Below, one piece after another: positions 14,290-24,879 of a DNA stretch of 64,000 nucleotides. The first letter of the stretch is position 1. Each line of letters starts with the position of its first letter. The stretch is from the human T2T-CHM13v2.0 reference genome, Homo sapiens. The notes below the pieces were generated by a model. It worked only from the letters and a program-made list of their open reading frames with translations. It searched no databases and was not told the DNA's origin. The position numbers were made by a program, and so were the translations under genes. The stretch lies in assembly GCF_009914755.1 (NCBI RefSeq), contig NC_060925.1; one strand, written 5' to 3'.

Positions 14290-14338
14290 GGCCAGGCACA
14301 GTGGCTCATGCCTGTAATCTCAGCACTTTGGGAGGCCA
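14290..14338 (+). mobile_element. Alu 5' stub (49 bp) fused to L1 ORF2 by a deletion
   Basis: GGCCAGGCACAGTGGCTCATGCCTGTAATCTCAGCACTTTGGGAGGCCA joins directly to L1 TAGGCTCAAAATAAAGGG. Confidence 0.9.
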
Positions 14339-15768
14339 TAGGCTCAAAATAAAGGGATTGAGAAAAATTTACCAAGCAAATGGAATACAGAAAAAAAACA
14401 AGAGGTTGCAACCTTAATTTCAGGTGAAACAAACTTTATAAAACAAAAATGAGAAGATAGAAAGGCATTACAAAATAGTAAAGGGTTCAAGAAGACCAAC
14501 CTATCTTAAATCTACATGCACTGAACCTGGGTACACTCAGATTCAGAAAGCAAGTTCTTAGAGATAGATACACAAAGAGAGTTAGATTCACACACCATAA
14601 TAGTGAAAGACTTCAACACCCCACTTACAGTATTAGATCATCAAGGCAGAAAATTACAAAGAGATTTGTAATTTTAAAAATTACCAAGAGTTGAGTTGAA
14701 CTCAACACGTTGCCAAATGGATCTGAGCGACATCTACAGAAATTTCTACTCCAAAACAACAGAATATACCTTCTTTTCATTGCCACATGGTACATACTCT
14801 AAAATTAACCGTGCAATTGGACATAAGACAATCTTCAGCAAACCCCCCAAAACCGAAATAATACCAGCCACCCTCTTGGACCACAGTGCAATAAAAATAG
14901 AAATCAAGGCCAAATAAATTGCTCCAAACCATAAAATTACATGGAAATTAAGCAACCTGCTCCCAAACTGCTCTTGAGTAAATAACGAAATTAAGGCAGA
15001 AGTAAAAAAGTTCTTTAAAACTGATGCAAAGAAGGATACAACATAACAGAATCTCTAGGACACAGCTAAGACAGTGTTAAGAGGGAAATTTATAGCACTC
15101 AACACCAACATCAAAAAGTTAGCAAGATCTCAAATTTATAACCTAACATCACAACTAGGAGGACTAGAGAAACAACAACAAACCAACCCCAAAGCTGACA
15201 GAGGACAAGAAATAAGCAAAATCAGAGCTGAACTTAAGGATACAGAGACATGAAAAGCCATACAAAAGATTAAAAAATACAAGAATTGTTTTTTGAAAAA
15301 AATTAATAAAACTGACTGCTAGCTAGGCTAATAAAGAAGAAAAGAGAGACGATCCAAGTAAACACAACTCGAGTTGATAAAGGGGATATTATAACTGATG
15401 CCAAAGAAATACAAATAACTATCAGAGACTACTATGAACACCTCTGTCCACTGCACACGAACTAGAAAAACCTAGGAGAAATGGATAAACTCCTGTACAT
15501 TCATATACAGCCTCCCAAAACTGAAGCAGGAAGAAATTGAATCCCTGAACAGACAATAGCAAGCTCTGAAATTGAATCAGTACAAAGAGCCTTACCAACT
15601 GAAAAACGCCCAGGACCAGAGAGATTCACAACTGAATTCTACCAGATGTACAAAGAAGAGCTGGTACCATTCTTACTGAAGCTATTCCAAAAAAACTGAA
15701 GAGTAGAGACTCATCTCAAACTTATTCTGTAAGGCCAGCATCATCCAGACACCAAAACCTGGCAGAGA

Positions 15769-15790
15769 CACACACACACACACACACACA
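15769..15790. repeat. (CA)11 microsatellite inside L1 ORF2
   Basis: Read directly from the sequence. Confidence 0.95.
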
Positions 15791-16048
15791 AATGAAAACT
15801 TCAGGCCAGTATCCTTAATGAACATTGATGCAAAAATCCTCACCAACATACTAGCAAACTGAAGCCAGCAGAACATCAAAAAACAAATCCACCATGATTA
15901 TGTAGGTTTTATCCCTAGGATAAAAGGTTGGTTAAGCATACACAAATCAATAAATGTGATTCGTCACATAAACAGAACTAAATACAAAAACCACATGATT
16001 ATCTCAAATAGATGCAGAAAAGGCTTTTGATAAAATTCAATATCCCTT

Positions 16049-17631
16049 TGTGTCCGAAATTGGTGGGTTCTTGGTCTCACTGACTTCAAGAATGAAGCCG
16101 CGGACCCTCGCGGTGAGCGTTACAGCTCTTAATTAAGGTGGTGTGTCTGGAGTGTGTTCCTTCTGATGTTCGGATGTGTACGGAGTTTCTTCCTTCTGGT
16201 AGGTTCGTGGTCTCACTGGCTCAGGAGTGAAGCTGCAGACCTTCGCGGTGAGTGTTACAACTCTTAGGGCAGCGCGTCTGGAGTTGTTCGTTCCTCCCGG
16301 TGGGCTCGTGTTCTCGCTGGCTTCAGGAGTGAAGCTGCAGACCTTCGCGGTGAGTGTTACAGCTCATAAAAGCAGCGTGGACCCAAAGCAGTAGCAAGAT
16401 TTATTGCAAAGAGCAAAAGAACGAAGCTTCCACAGTGTGGAAGGGGACCCTAGTGGGTTGCCACTGCTGGCTTGGGCAGCCAGCTTTTATTCTCTTATCT
16501 GGCCCCACTCACATCCTGCTGATTGGTAGAGCCCAGTGGCCTGTTTTGACAGGGCACTGATTGGTGCGTTTACAATCCCTGAGCTAGATACAAAGGTTCT
16601 CCATGTCCCCATTAGATTAGTTAGATACAGAGTGTGGACACACAGGTTCTCCAAGGCCCCACCACAGCAGCTAGATACAGAGTGTCGATTGGTGCACTCA
16701 CAAACCCTGACCTAGACACAGGGTGCTGATTGGTGTGTTTACAAACCTTGAGCTAGATACAGAGTGCGATTGGTGTATTTACAATCCCTGAGCTAGACAT
16801 AAAGGTTCTCCAAGGCCCTACCAGAGCAGCTAGATACAGTGTCAATTGGTGAACTCACAAACCCTGAGCTGGACACAGGGTGCTGATTGGTGTGTTTACA
16901 AACCTTGAGCTAGATACAGAGTGCCGATTGGTGTATTTACAATCCCTGAGCTGGAGATAAAGACTCTCCACCTCCCCACCAGACTCAGCAGCCCAGCTGT
17001 CTTCACCCAGTGGATCCCCCACAGGGGCTGCAGGTGGAGCTGCCTGCCAGTCCTGCGCCATGCGCTCACACTCCTTAGCCCTTGGGTGGTCGATGGGACT
17101 GGGCGCATGGAGCAGGGGGCGGTGCTCGTCGGGGAGGTTCGGGCTGCACAGGAGCCCACAGAGGCGGGGGAAGGCTCAGGCATGGCGGGCTACAGTCCTG
17201 AGGCCTGCCCCGCGGGAAGGCAGCTAAGGCCTGGCGAGAAATCGAGCGCAGCACCGGTGGGCTGGCACTGCTGGGGGACCCAGTACACCCTCCGCAGCTG
17301 CTGGTCCGGGTGCTAAGTCCGTTATTGCCCGGGGCCGGCAGGGCCCGCCGGCTGCTCCGAGTGCGGGGCCCGCCAAGCCCATGCCCACCTGGAACTCCAG
17401 CTGGCCCGCAAGTGCCGCACGCAGCCCCGGTTCCCGCTCGCGCCTCTCCCTCCACACCTCCCCGCAAGCTGAGGGAGCCGGCTCCGGCCTTGGCCAGCCC
17501 AGAAAGGGGCTCCCACAGTGCAGCGGTGGGCTGAAGGGCTCCTCAAGTGCCGCCAAAGTAGGAGCCCAGGCAGAGGAGTCCCCGAGAGCGAGCCAGGGCT
17601 GTGAGGACTGCCAGCATGCTGTCACCTCTCA
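16049..17631 (-). mobile_element. LTR12C (ERV9) solo LTR, full length, 1583 bp
   Basis: Minus strand starts TGAGAGGTGACAGCATGCTGGCAGTCCTC and ends AAGAACCCACCAATTTCGGACACA. Perfect 4-bp TSD CCTT at 16045-16048 and 17632-17635. Confidence 0.95.
16480..16960 (-). promoter_or_regulatory. ERV9 U3 enhancer/promoter: tandem CCAAT (NF-Y) repeats and an AATAAA-type TATA element
   Basis: Eight ATTGG boxes between about 16521 and 16931, in repeats of about 40 bp. GAATAAAAGC on the minus strand at about 16483-16492. Activity is inferred from the family only. Confidence 0.7.
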
Positions 17632-20053
17632 CCTTCATGTTAAAAACCCTGAATAAACTAGGTATTGAAGTAGCATTACCCAAAATAATAACAGCCATCC
17701 ATGACAAAACCACAGCCAACATTATACCAAATGGGTAAAATCTGGAAGCATTCCCGTTGAAAACCAGAACAATACAAGGATACCCTCTCTCACCACTCTT
17801 ACCCAACATATTATTGGAAGTCCTGGCCAGAGCAATCAGGCAATAATAATAATAATAAAAAATAGAAAACATCTAAATAGGAAGAGAGGAGGTCAAACTC
17901 TCCCTGTTTGTAGATGACATGATTCTGTATCTAGAAAACCCCATAATCTCTGCCCAAAAGCTCCTTGATCTATAAGCAACTTCAGAAAAGTTCCAGGATA
18001 CAAAATCAGTGTACAAAAATCATTAGCATTCCTATACACTAACAACACTCATGCTGAGAGTCAAATCCCATTCAAAATTGCCACAAATAGAATAAAATAC
18101 CTGGAAATACAGCCAACCAAGAAGAGCAAAGAGCTCTACAATGAGAATTACAAAACACTGCTCAAAGAAATCAGAGATGAAACAACCAAATAGAAGAACA
18201 TTTTATGCTTCTGGATAGAAAGAATCAATATGACTAAAATGACCACACTCCACAAACCAATTTACAGATTCAATGCTATTCTTATCAAACTACCAATGAC
18301 ATGTTTCATAGAACTAGAAAAAAAATCTATGCTAAAATTCATATGGTACCATATAAGCACCCAAATATCCAAGACAATCATAAGCAAAAAGAAAAAAAGC
18401 TGGAGGAACCACATTGCCCAACTTCAAACTGTGCTGCAAGGCTACGGTATCCAAAACAGCATGGTACTGGTACAAAAACAGACACATAGAGCAATGGAAC
18501 AGGGTAGAGAGTCCAGAAATAGAGCCTCAGACCTACAACCATCTGATCTTTGACAAACCTGACAAAAACAAGCAATGGGAAAAAGACTGCCTGTTCAATA
18601 AATGCAGTGGGATAACTGTCTAGCTATATGCAGAAGATTCAAACTGGAGCCTTTCCTTTCACCATACCCCAAAAACAACTCAAGATGGATTAAAGACCTA
18701 AATGTAAAACCCAAAGCTATAAAAATCCTGAAAAGTAACCTAGGATATACCATTTTTGACATAGAAACTTGCAAAGATTTTGTGACAAAGATGCCAAAAG
18801 CAATTGCAACAGAAGCAAAACTTGACAAATGGGACCTCATTAGAGAGCTTCTGCACAGCAAAAGAAACTATCAACAGAGTAAAATAGCAACCAAAATAAT
18901 GGGAGAAAATACTTACAAACTATATATCCTACAAGGGTCTAATATCCAGCATCTACAAGGCACTTAAACATACAAGAAAAAAAAACATTAAAAAGTGGGC
19001 CGAGGACATGAACAGACATTTTTCAGAAGAAGACAGACATGCGGACAATAAGCACATTAAAAAAACCACTCAATATCGCTGATTATTGGAGGAAATGCAA
19101 ATCGAAACCACAGTGAGGCACCATCTCACTCCATTCAGAATGGCTATTATAAAAATTCAAAAAATAACAGATGCTGGCAAGGCTGCAGAGAAAAGGGAAC
19201 ACTTAAATACTGTTGGTAGGAGTGTAAATAAATTCAACCATTGTGGAAAGCAGTGTGGAAATTCCTCAAAGAACTAAAAACAGAACTACCATTCAACCCA
19301 GCAATCCCAGTACTGGATATATACCCAAAGGAATATAAATTGTTCTTCCATAAAAACACATGCACACATGTGTTCATTGCAGCACTATTCACAATAGCAA
19401 AGACATGGGATCAACCTAAATAAGGGTAGACTGGATAAAGAAAATGTGGTATATATACACCATGGAATACTATGCAACCATAAAAAATAATGAGATAATG
19501 TCCTTTGTAGGAACATGAATGGAACTGGTGGCCTTTATTCTTAGCAAACTAATGCAGAGACGGAAAGCCAAATATACATGTTCTCACTTATAAGTGGGAG
19601 ATAAATAATAAGAACACAAGGACAGAAAGAGAGGAACAACAGACACTGGGGCTACTTGAGGGAGGAGAGTGGGAGGAGACAGAGGTTCAGAAAAAAAAAT
19701 GAAAACAAAGAAACTGTCAAGTAATATGTTTAGTAACCCGGTGACAAAATAATGTGTACACCAAACCTCTGAGTCACAGTTTACCTATATAACAAACGTT
19801 CACATGTATACCCCTGAACCTAAAAGTTAAAATATTTTTTAAAAAAGGAAATGTAGCAGTACCAAATCTCTTAGAAAATTTGATCAATAGTCCTTTGTAT
19901 CTGAATTACTTCTTCACTGTAGAAAGTGCATCTCTTTAAGCTTAAGTAACTGTGGTTTTCACCAGCTTCCAGCAATAGTTAATCCAATTTTAACTTTAAA
20001 TTCAAAGTGATATTTTTTCATTTTATCTATAACTTACTGTATTCCCAGATGTC

Positions 20054-20363
20054 TTTTTATTGGCGTAAGACTGACATGCAAAAAGTGTTTTTATTTAATG
20101 TATACATCTTGAAGAGTGTGAAGATAAGTATCCACCCATGCAATCATCACCATAAACAATGCCATAAACATAGTTATCACATCTAAAAGTTTCCTTCCTT
20201 CCTCTTACTATTTGTTTGTTATAAGAACACTTAATACAACAGCTACCCTGTTAGATGTTTAAGTATATAATACAGTATTGTTCAGCTCTCTGTCCTAAGC
20301 TGTACATGAGATCTGCAGGACTTATTCATCCTTCATAACTGAAATTATGTATGCTTTGAACAA
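20054..20363 (-). mobile_element. L1MA9/L1MA10-like 3' end
   Basis: ATAAGAACACTTAA, AAGTATATAATACAGTATTG and GACTTATTCATCCTTCATAACTGAAA. Confidence 0.75.
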
Positions 20364-20864
20364 TATATTACGTTTTTGTTCTCAAATGTAAAATAATATA
20401 TGAAATGCTCGCTCTTGCTTGTTAATACTTAAACAGGAACTTATGACTTTACTAGTCCCCTTTTCATTGATTTGCCTTGTGTGAGGCATTCTGCTTGGCA
20501 ATGTGCAGGACAGGTTAAAAGAAAAGAAGTAAGTGTAGTCAAATGGTAACAACTGAATATAGAAAGTGATTGTTATCACTGGTAAGACAGAAATTCTACC
20601 TCAGTAAAGAAATAATTAAACATGGAAACAATTTAATCAACATCTAATATTAAATGAGATACAGAACAATTCACTTAATCCCAAAATGCTACTATGCATA
20701 ATTGGACACTTTTGGATTTATGAGCAATTAGGGGCCCTGGAATCACCTAAATTTATCATAGTAAACATCAATTATTATTAAGCCACATGAATATAAGACT
20801 GAGCTTTGGAATTACTAAAATGCAGCTATGATTTTGCTTTATTTGTCAACTATGTGAGTGGTTG

Positions 20865-21028
20865 CAGGCAAATCCTTATAAAGATCAATTTCATAAAACT
20901 GTAAAATGTTCAATGTGTAATTTATAGTAGTTTTGAGAATTAAAGGAAATAATGTCTGTAAGTCACTTATCATACAGCCTGGGCCAGGGTAACCACTCAG
21001 AAAACTGTGATTTATTGTTATTACTATT
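20865..21028 (+). mobile_element. MIR fragment
   Basis: CTGTAAAATG...TTTTGAGAATTAAAGGAAATAATGTCTGTAAGTCACTTA...TATTGTTATTACTA. Confidence 0.6.
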
Positions 21029-21458
21029 TTTGTTAATGACAATTAAGCATAATGAGCTTTCAAGTCACAGAACTCTGGAGAAGAGGAAGATCGCTGCATG
21101 GATCAAGGTATAAGAATGTCAATATTTTTATTAATGTGGATTAAATAATTACATTGAAGATGCATTTTAATGGGCAACACAAATAACTTTTATATGTTCC
21201 ATTAAATACATTATTCAACTTCTGAAACAGTGATTGCTGTCAATATCACTTTCTATTTTGAAATATTGGCATGCCAACTTTAAATGTGCCTATTTTGTAT
21301 ATTCCCAGAACTACCTCATAACATTCTATGGATATTTACATCTCTTATATTGGGAAAAATAAACTAATTTACATTCTTATATGTTATATTCCGCCGTTCT
21401 ATCTGTTATATTTTATATTCTGCCTATATATGCTTTTTATATTAAAAAAACTACTTTT

Positions 21459-22387
21459 TTTTTTTTTTTTTTTTTAGAGGGTGTTTCTTTTTTTTTTTTT
21501 TTTTAATGTTTTTTTTTTTGTTATCATACTCTAAGTTTTAGGGTACATGTGCACATTGTGCAGGTTAGTTACATATGTATACATGTGCCATGCTGGTGCG
21601 CTGCACCCACTAACGTGTCATCTAGCATTAGGTATATCTCCCAATGCTATCCCTCCCCCCTCCCCCGACCCCACCACAGTCCCCAGAGTGTGATATTCCC
21701 CTTCCTGTGTCCATGTGATCTCATTGTTCAATTCCCACCTATGAGGGCTAATATCCAGAATCTACAATGAACTCAAACAAATTTACAAGAAAAAAACAAA
21801 CAACCCCATCAAAAAGTGGGCGAAGGACATGAACAGACACTTCTCAAAAGAAGACATTTATGCAGCCAAAAAACACATGAAGAAATGCTCATCATCACTG
21901 GCCATCAGAGAAATGCAAATCAAAACCACTATGAGATATCATCTCACACCAGTTAGAATGGCAATCATTAAAAAGTCAGGAAACAACAGGTGCTGGAGAG
22001 GATGTGGAGAAATAGGAACACTTTTACACTGTTGGTGGGACTGTAAACTAGTTCAACCATTGTGGAAGTCAGTGTGGCGATTCCTCAGGGATCTAGAACT
22101 AGAAATACCATTTGACCCAGCCATCCCATTACTGGGTATATACCCAAAGGACTATAAATCATGCTGCTATAAAGACACATGCACACGTATGTTTATTGCG
22201 GCACTATTCACAATAGCAAAGACTTGGAACCAACCCAAATGTCCAACAATGATAGACTGGATTAAGAAAATGTGGCACATATACACCATGGAATACTATG
22301 CAGCCATAAAAAATGATGAGTTCATGTCCTTTGTAGGGACATGGATGAAATTGGAAACCATCATTCTCAGTAAACTATCGCAAGAAC
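21459..22387 (-). mobile_element. L1HS pre-Ta, 5'-truncated and 5'-inverted (3' end on minus at 21459-21745; inverted segment on plus at 21746-22387)
   Basis: Diagnostic ACG (GATGACACGTTAG, 21614-21616) and G (CTTAGAGTAT, 21531). Near-consensus sequence. Perfect 15-bp TSD AAAAAAACTACTTTT at 21444-21458 and 22388-22402, at an EN site TTTT/A. Confidence 0.95.
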
Positions 22388-22452
22388 AAAAAAACTACTT
22401 TTACAAAACTGATACAGTTAGTGGTCAAGTAAAATCAAATATAGCTCTGTGA
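21829..22452 (+). pseudogene. Open L1 ORF2p C-terminal fragment (207 aa) with a flank-derived tail
   Basis: Contains the CCHC region [18 protein letters not shown]. After LSQEQK the frame runs into 19 aa of flank. No promoter is evident. Confidence 0.85.
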
Positions 22453-23604
22453 CACTGTCTTCCTCACAACTTTCTTTTCTCCTGAAAAATTTCATTGAGC
22501 ATATAAAAGTATTTTTAAACACTCAGATTTTTAGTTTTTCATATTTCTGCAAAGGAGAACATTTCTGCTGGTGATAAATAGATCTTAGGTGGAATCTCTC
22601 TATGAGATCTGCTGCAGGTTAAGCATCTCTGGATTTCCTCCACAAAAGTGATGAGAGAAACAACAAAGAGAATCAGGGATAGAAGAGAGTGGCTACTGAT
22701 CACTGCCCTTAACCTTCTTTTTCCCCTAGAACATAAACAAACACTCATATTATTCTTCAATTAGTTGCAATGACACTAAGAGGTAATCCACTTCTTCTAT
22801 AAATAGTAATAAATAGTATCTTCCGGCAAAATGCTTTATTCCAAAGAATATTTGTATTTAATTATCCCTCCAGATCTGTTAATATAACAAGTTCCTTTCT
22901 GTCTTGCTCTTTGCTTTTTTTTTTTTTTTTCAGATTTGATTCTTTTCCTTTAACCTCTTTTAAAGATGATTGAAGTTGTTCTAGAAGCCACATAGGCCTT
23001 TAGGCCAATCAAATCAAACTTGCCATAGAGTTTGGCTAACTGCTATACCACACCATATGTATGCCCCCAAGAGGCTGCCTAGTATTATAGCTCAGATAAA
23101 TGCCTTGTTAATAAAACAGTCTGAGTGAAAATTTTGCAGTCATATCATTTTAAGGTTAATAATAAAAAGATTATTTTTCCTTCAATTCATCATGACTTCT
23201 AGTCACATAAAAATTTCTGGAAAAAAGGAAAACCCACTGTTATTGGATTTTTGATAAAATGATCCAAGTATTGAGTGCTATATTTGGAAAGGTCAATAAC
23301 GGTAGTCTTCTAGAAAGAACAAATCATTAACGTAGCAAAGCATGCTTTCCTTCCTTTTGTCATTTTCCTGTAACCACTCGAAAGAGTCCTTTCATTTTCA
23401 GCTATTGAGTGAGAAATTTCTTAAAGAAATGGCATATCTTTTGTCCTCTCAGTCGAAAATAGGACATTTTTTCTCAATAAGAATGTTTTCAGAAGCATGT
23501 TTATTAAATTCCGAAAACATAGCAGGTGAAATATACATTCTGTAATTTAAGAAAACTCAGGAATGTGTAGCTAAATACTTTGAGTCTAAATTATGAAACA
23601 CATT

Positions 23605-23738
23605 TAAGATAGCAATATATTATTTTTCTTACAAATTCAAAAATGTTTACTGAGTACATATTACTGACTGATAAGATAGCAATATATTATTTTTCTTACA
23701 AATTCAAAAATGTTTACTGAGTACATATTACTGACTGA
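23605..23738. repeat. Perfect 67-bp tandem duplication
   Basis: 23605-23671 and 23672-23738 are identical, with 2-bp TA microhomology. Confidence 0.97.
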
Positions 23739-24435
23739 TACGTTAAAATCAAGTTGTTATGTAAATGAAATAGACACAGCTGAATCTTCAAGGGGCTGAC
23801 AGGCTGAAAAGGTGAGACAAATATGAAAATAAAGAATTCAAAGTGTTGTAGGTGCTATGATGAAAGTACCTCGAAAGTACTATATCTAATGCAACTGTTT
23901 GAATGCTTGCTTCTTCCTAGATAAATAGAATGATTGTTTTATGAAAAGCTTCATGGAAAAAAATGAGCTGAGCTAGGTCAAAAACTTTTAGAGCTAAAAT
24001 AGACAATAAACATATAGATAGAAGGAAAAAGAAAGAAGGTGTGAAAAGCAGGCCTTTCTGAGGAACTGAAAGCAGTTCAGTGTGGCTAAAAAATCAAAAG
24101 CCGTGGCTTGAGTGCGGAGAAAACAGGCTACGGAAGCCCATCACGACGATATCATGGGGGCCTTTGAAGGAGCTAGCAAAGATTTAACTTTACCATATGA
24201 GCAAGTCGCAGTATAAAATGACTTGAACAAAATGTGTATTTCAGAAATATCTGTGCAGCAAAAATTTGGGAGGACAATGGCAAAGGTAGAAGAGAGGAGG
24301 TCATGAGTCCAGTGGCAAGACTTTCTGTAATCCACACAAAAATAAAATGAAACAACGGTGGAAGAGCAAATAGATGGGGAAAAAAGCAAAAAGAAATTAG
24401 ACTCTTCCAGAATTATTAGATGTTGGATTACTAGA
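23700..24435 (-). mobile_element. L2 relic, 3' portion
   Basis: ATTCAAAAATGTTTACTGAGTAC terminus; GAGGAACTGAAAGCAGTTCAGTGTGGCT. Confidence 0.65.
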
Positions 24436-24446
24436 TGCTTTTAATG

Positions 24447-24812
24447 TAGCCATTAAATAAAAAGAATAAAATCATGTTCTTTGCAGCAACGCGAATGCAG
24501 CTAGAGGCCATTATCCTAAGTGAATTAACACAGAAATAGAAAACTAAACACTGCATGTTCCTCCTTTATTAGCAGAAGCTAAACATTGTGTACTCACAGA
24601 CATACGATGGCAACCATAGACACTGCGGACTACTAGAGGGGGAAGGGAGGGAGGGGGCATAGGATTGAAAAACTAACTGTTGGTCACTATGCTTAGTACC
24701 TGGGTGACCAGATTATTCATATTCCAAACCTTAGCATCTGCACTATATACCCATGTATCTAACCTGCACTTGTATTCTTTGAGTTTAAAATAAATGTTGA
24801 AATTACAAAAAT
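24447..24812 (+). mobile_element. L1PA16-like 3' end
   Basis: GGCAACCATAGACACTGCGGACTACTAGAGGGGGAAGGGAGG and CCAAACCTTAGCATC. Confidence 0.85.
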
Positions 24813-24879
24813 TAAACCAATAAATAAATATCTTACTGTAATAAGAAGTAAAATTAAAAATTAAAAAAAAAAACAAACT

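Noticed and set aside
16520-16960. Regularly spaced ~40-bp repeats resembling a CRISPR array
   Set aside because: These are the known ERV9 U3 tandem subrepeats. The spacers are not unique, there are no cas genes, and the DNA is eukaryotic.
16855-17656. Cluster of long overlapping ORFs (up to 133 aa) on both strands
   Set aside because: They lie in the GC-rich U3 of LTR12C, where stop codons are rare; there is no domain or splice support.
24812-24875. Possible 3' transduction behind the L1PA16
   Set aside because: No TSD can be recovered, and the A-rich segment could be a decayed tail or the flank of the next L1.
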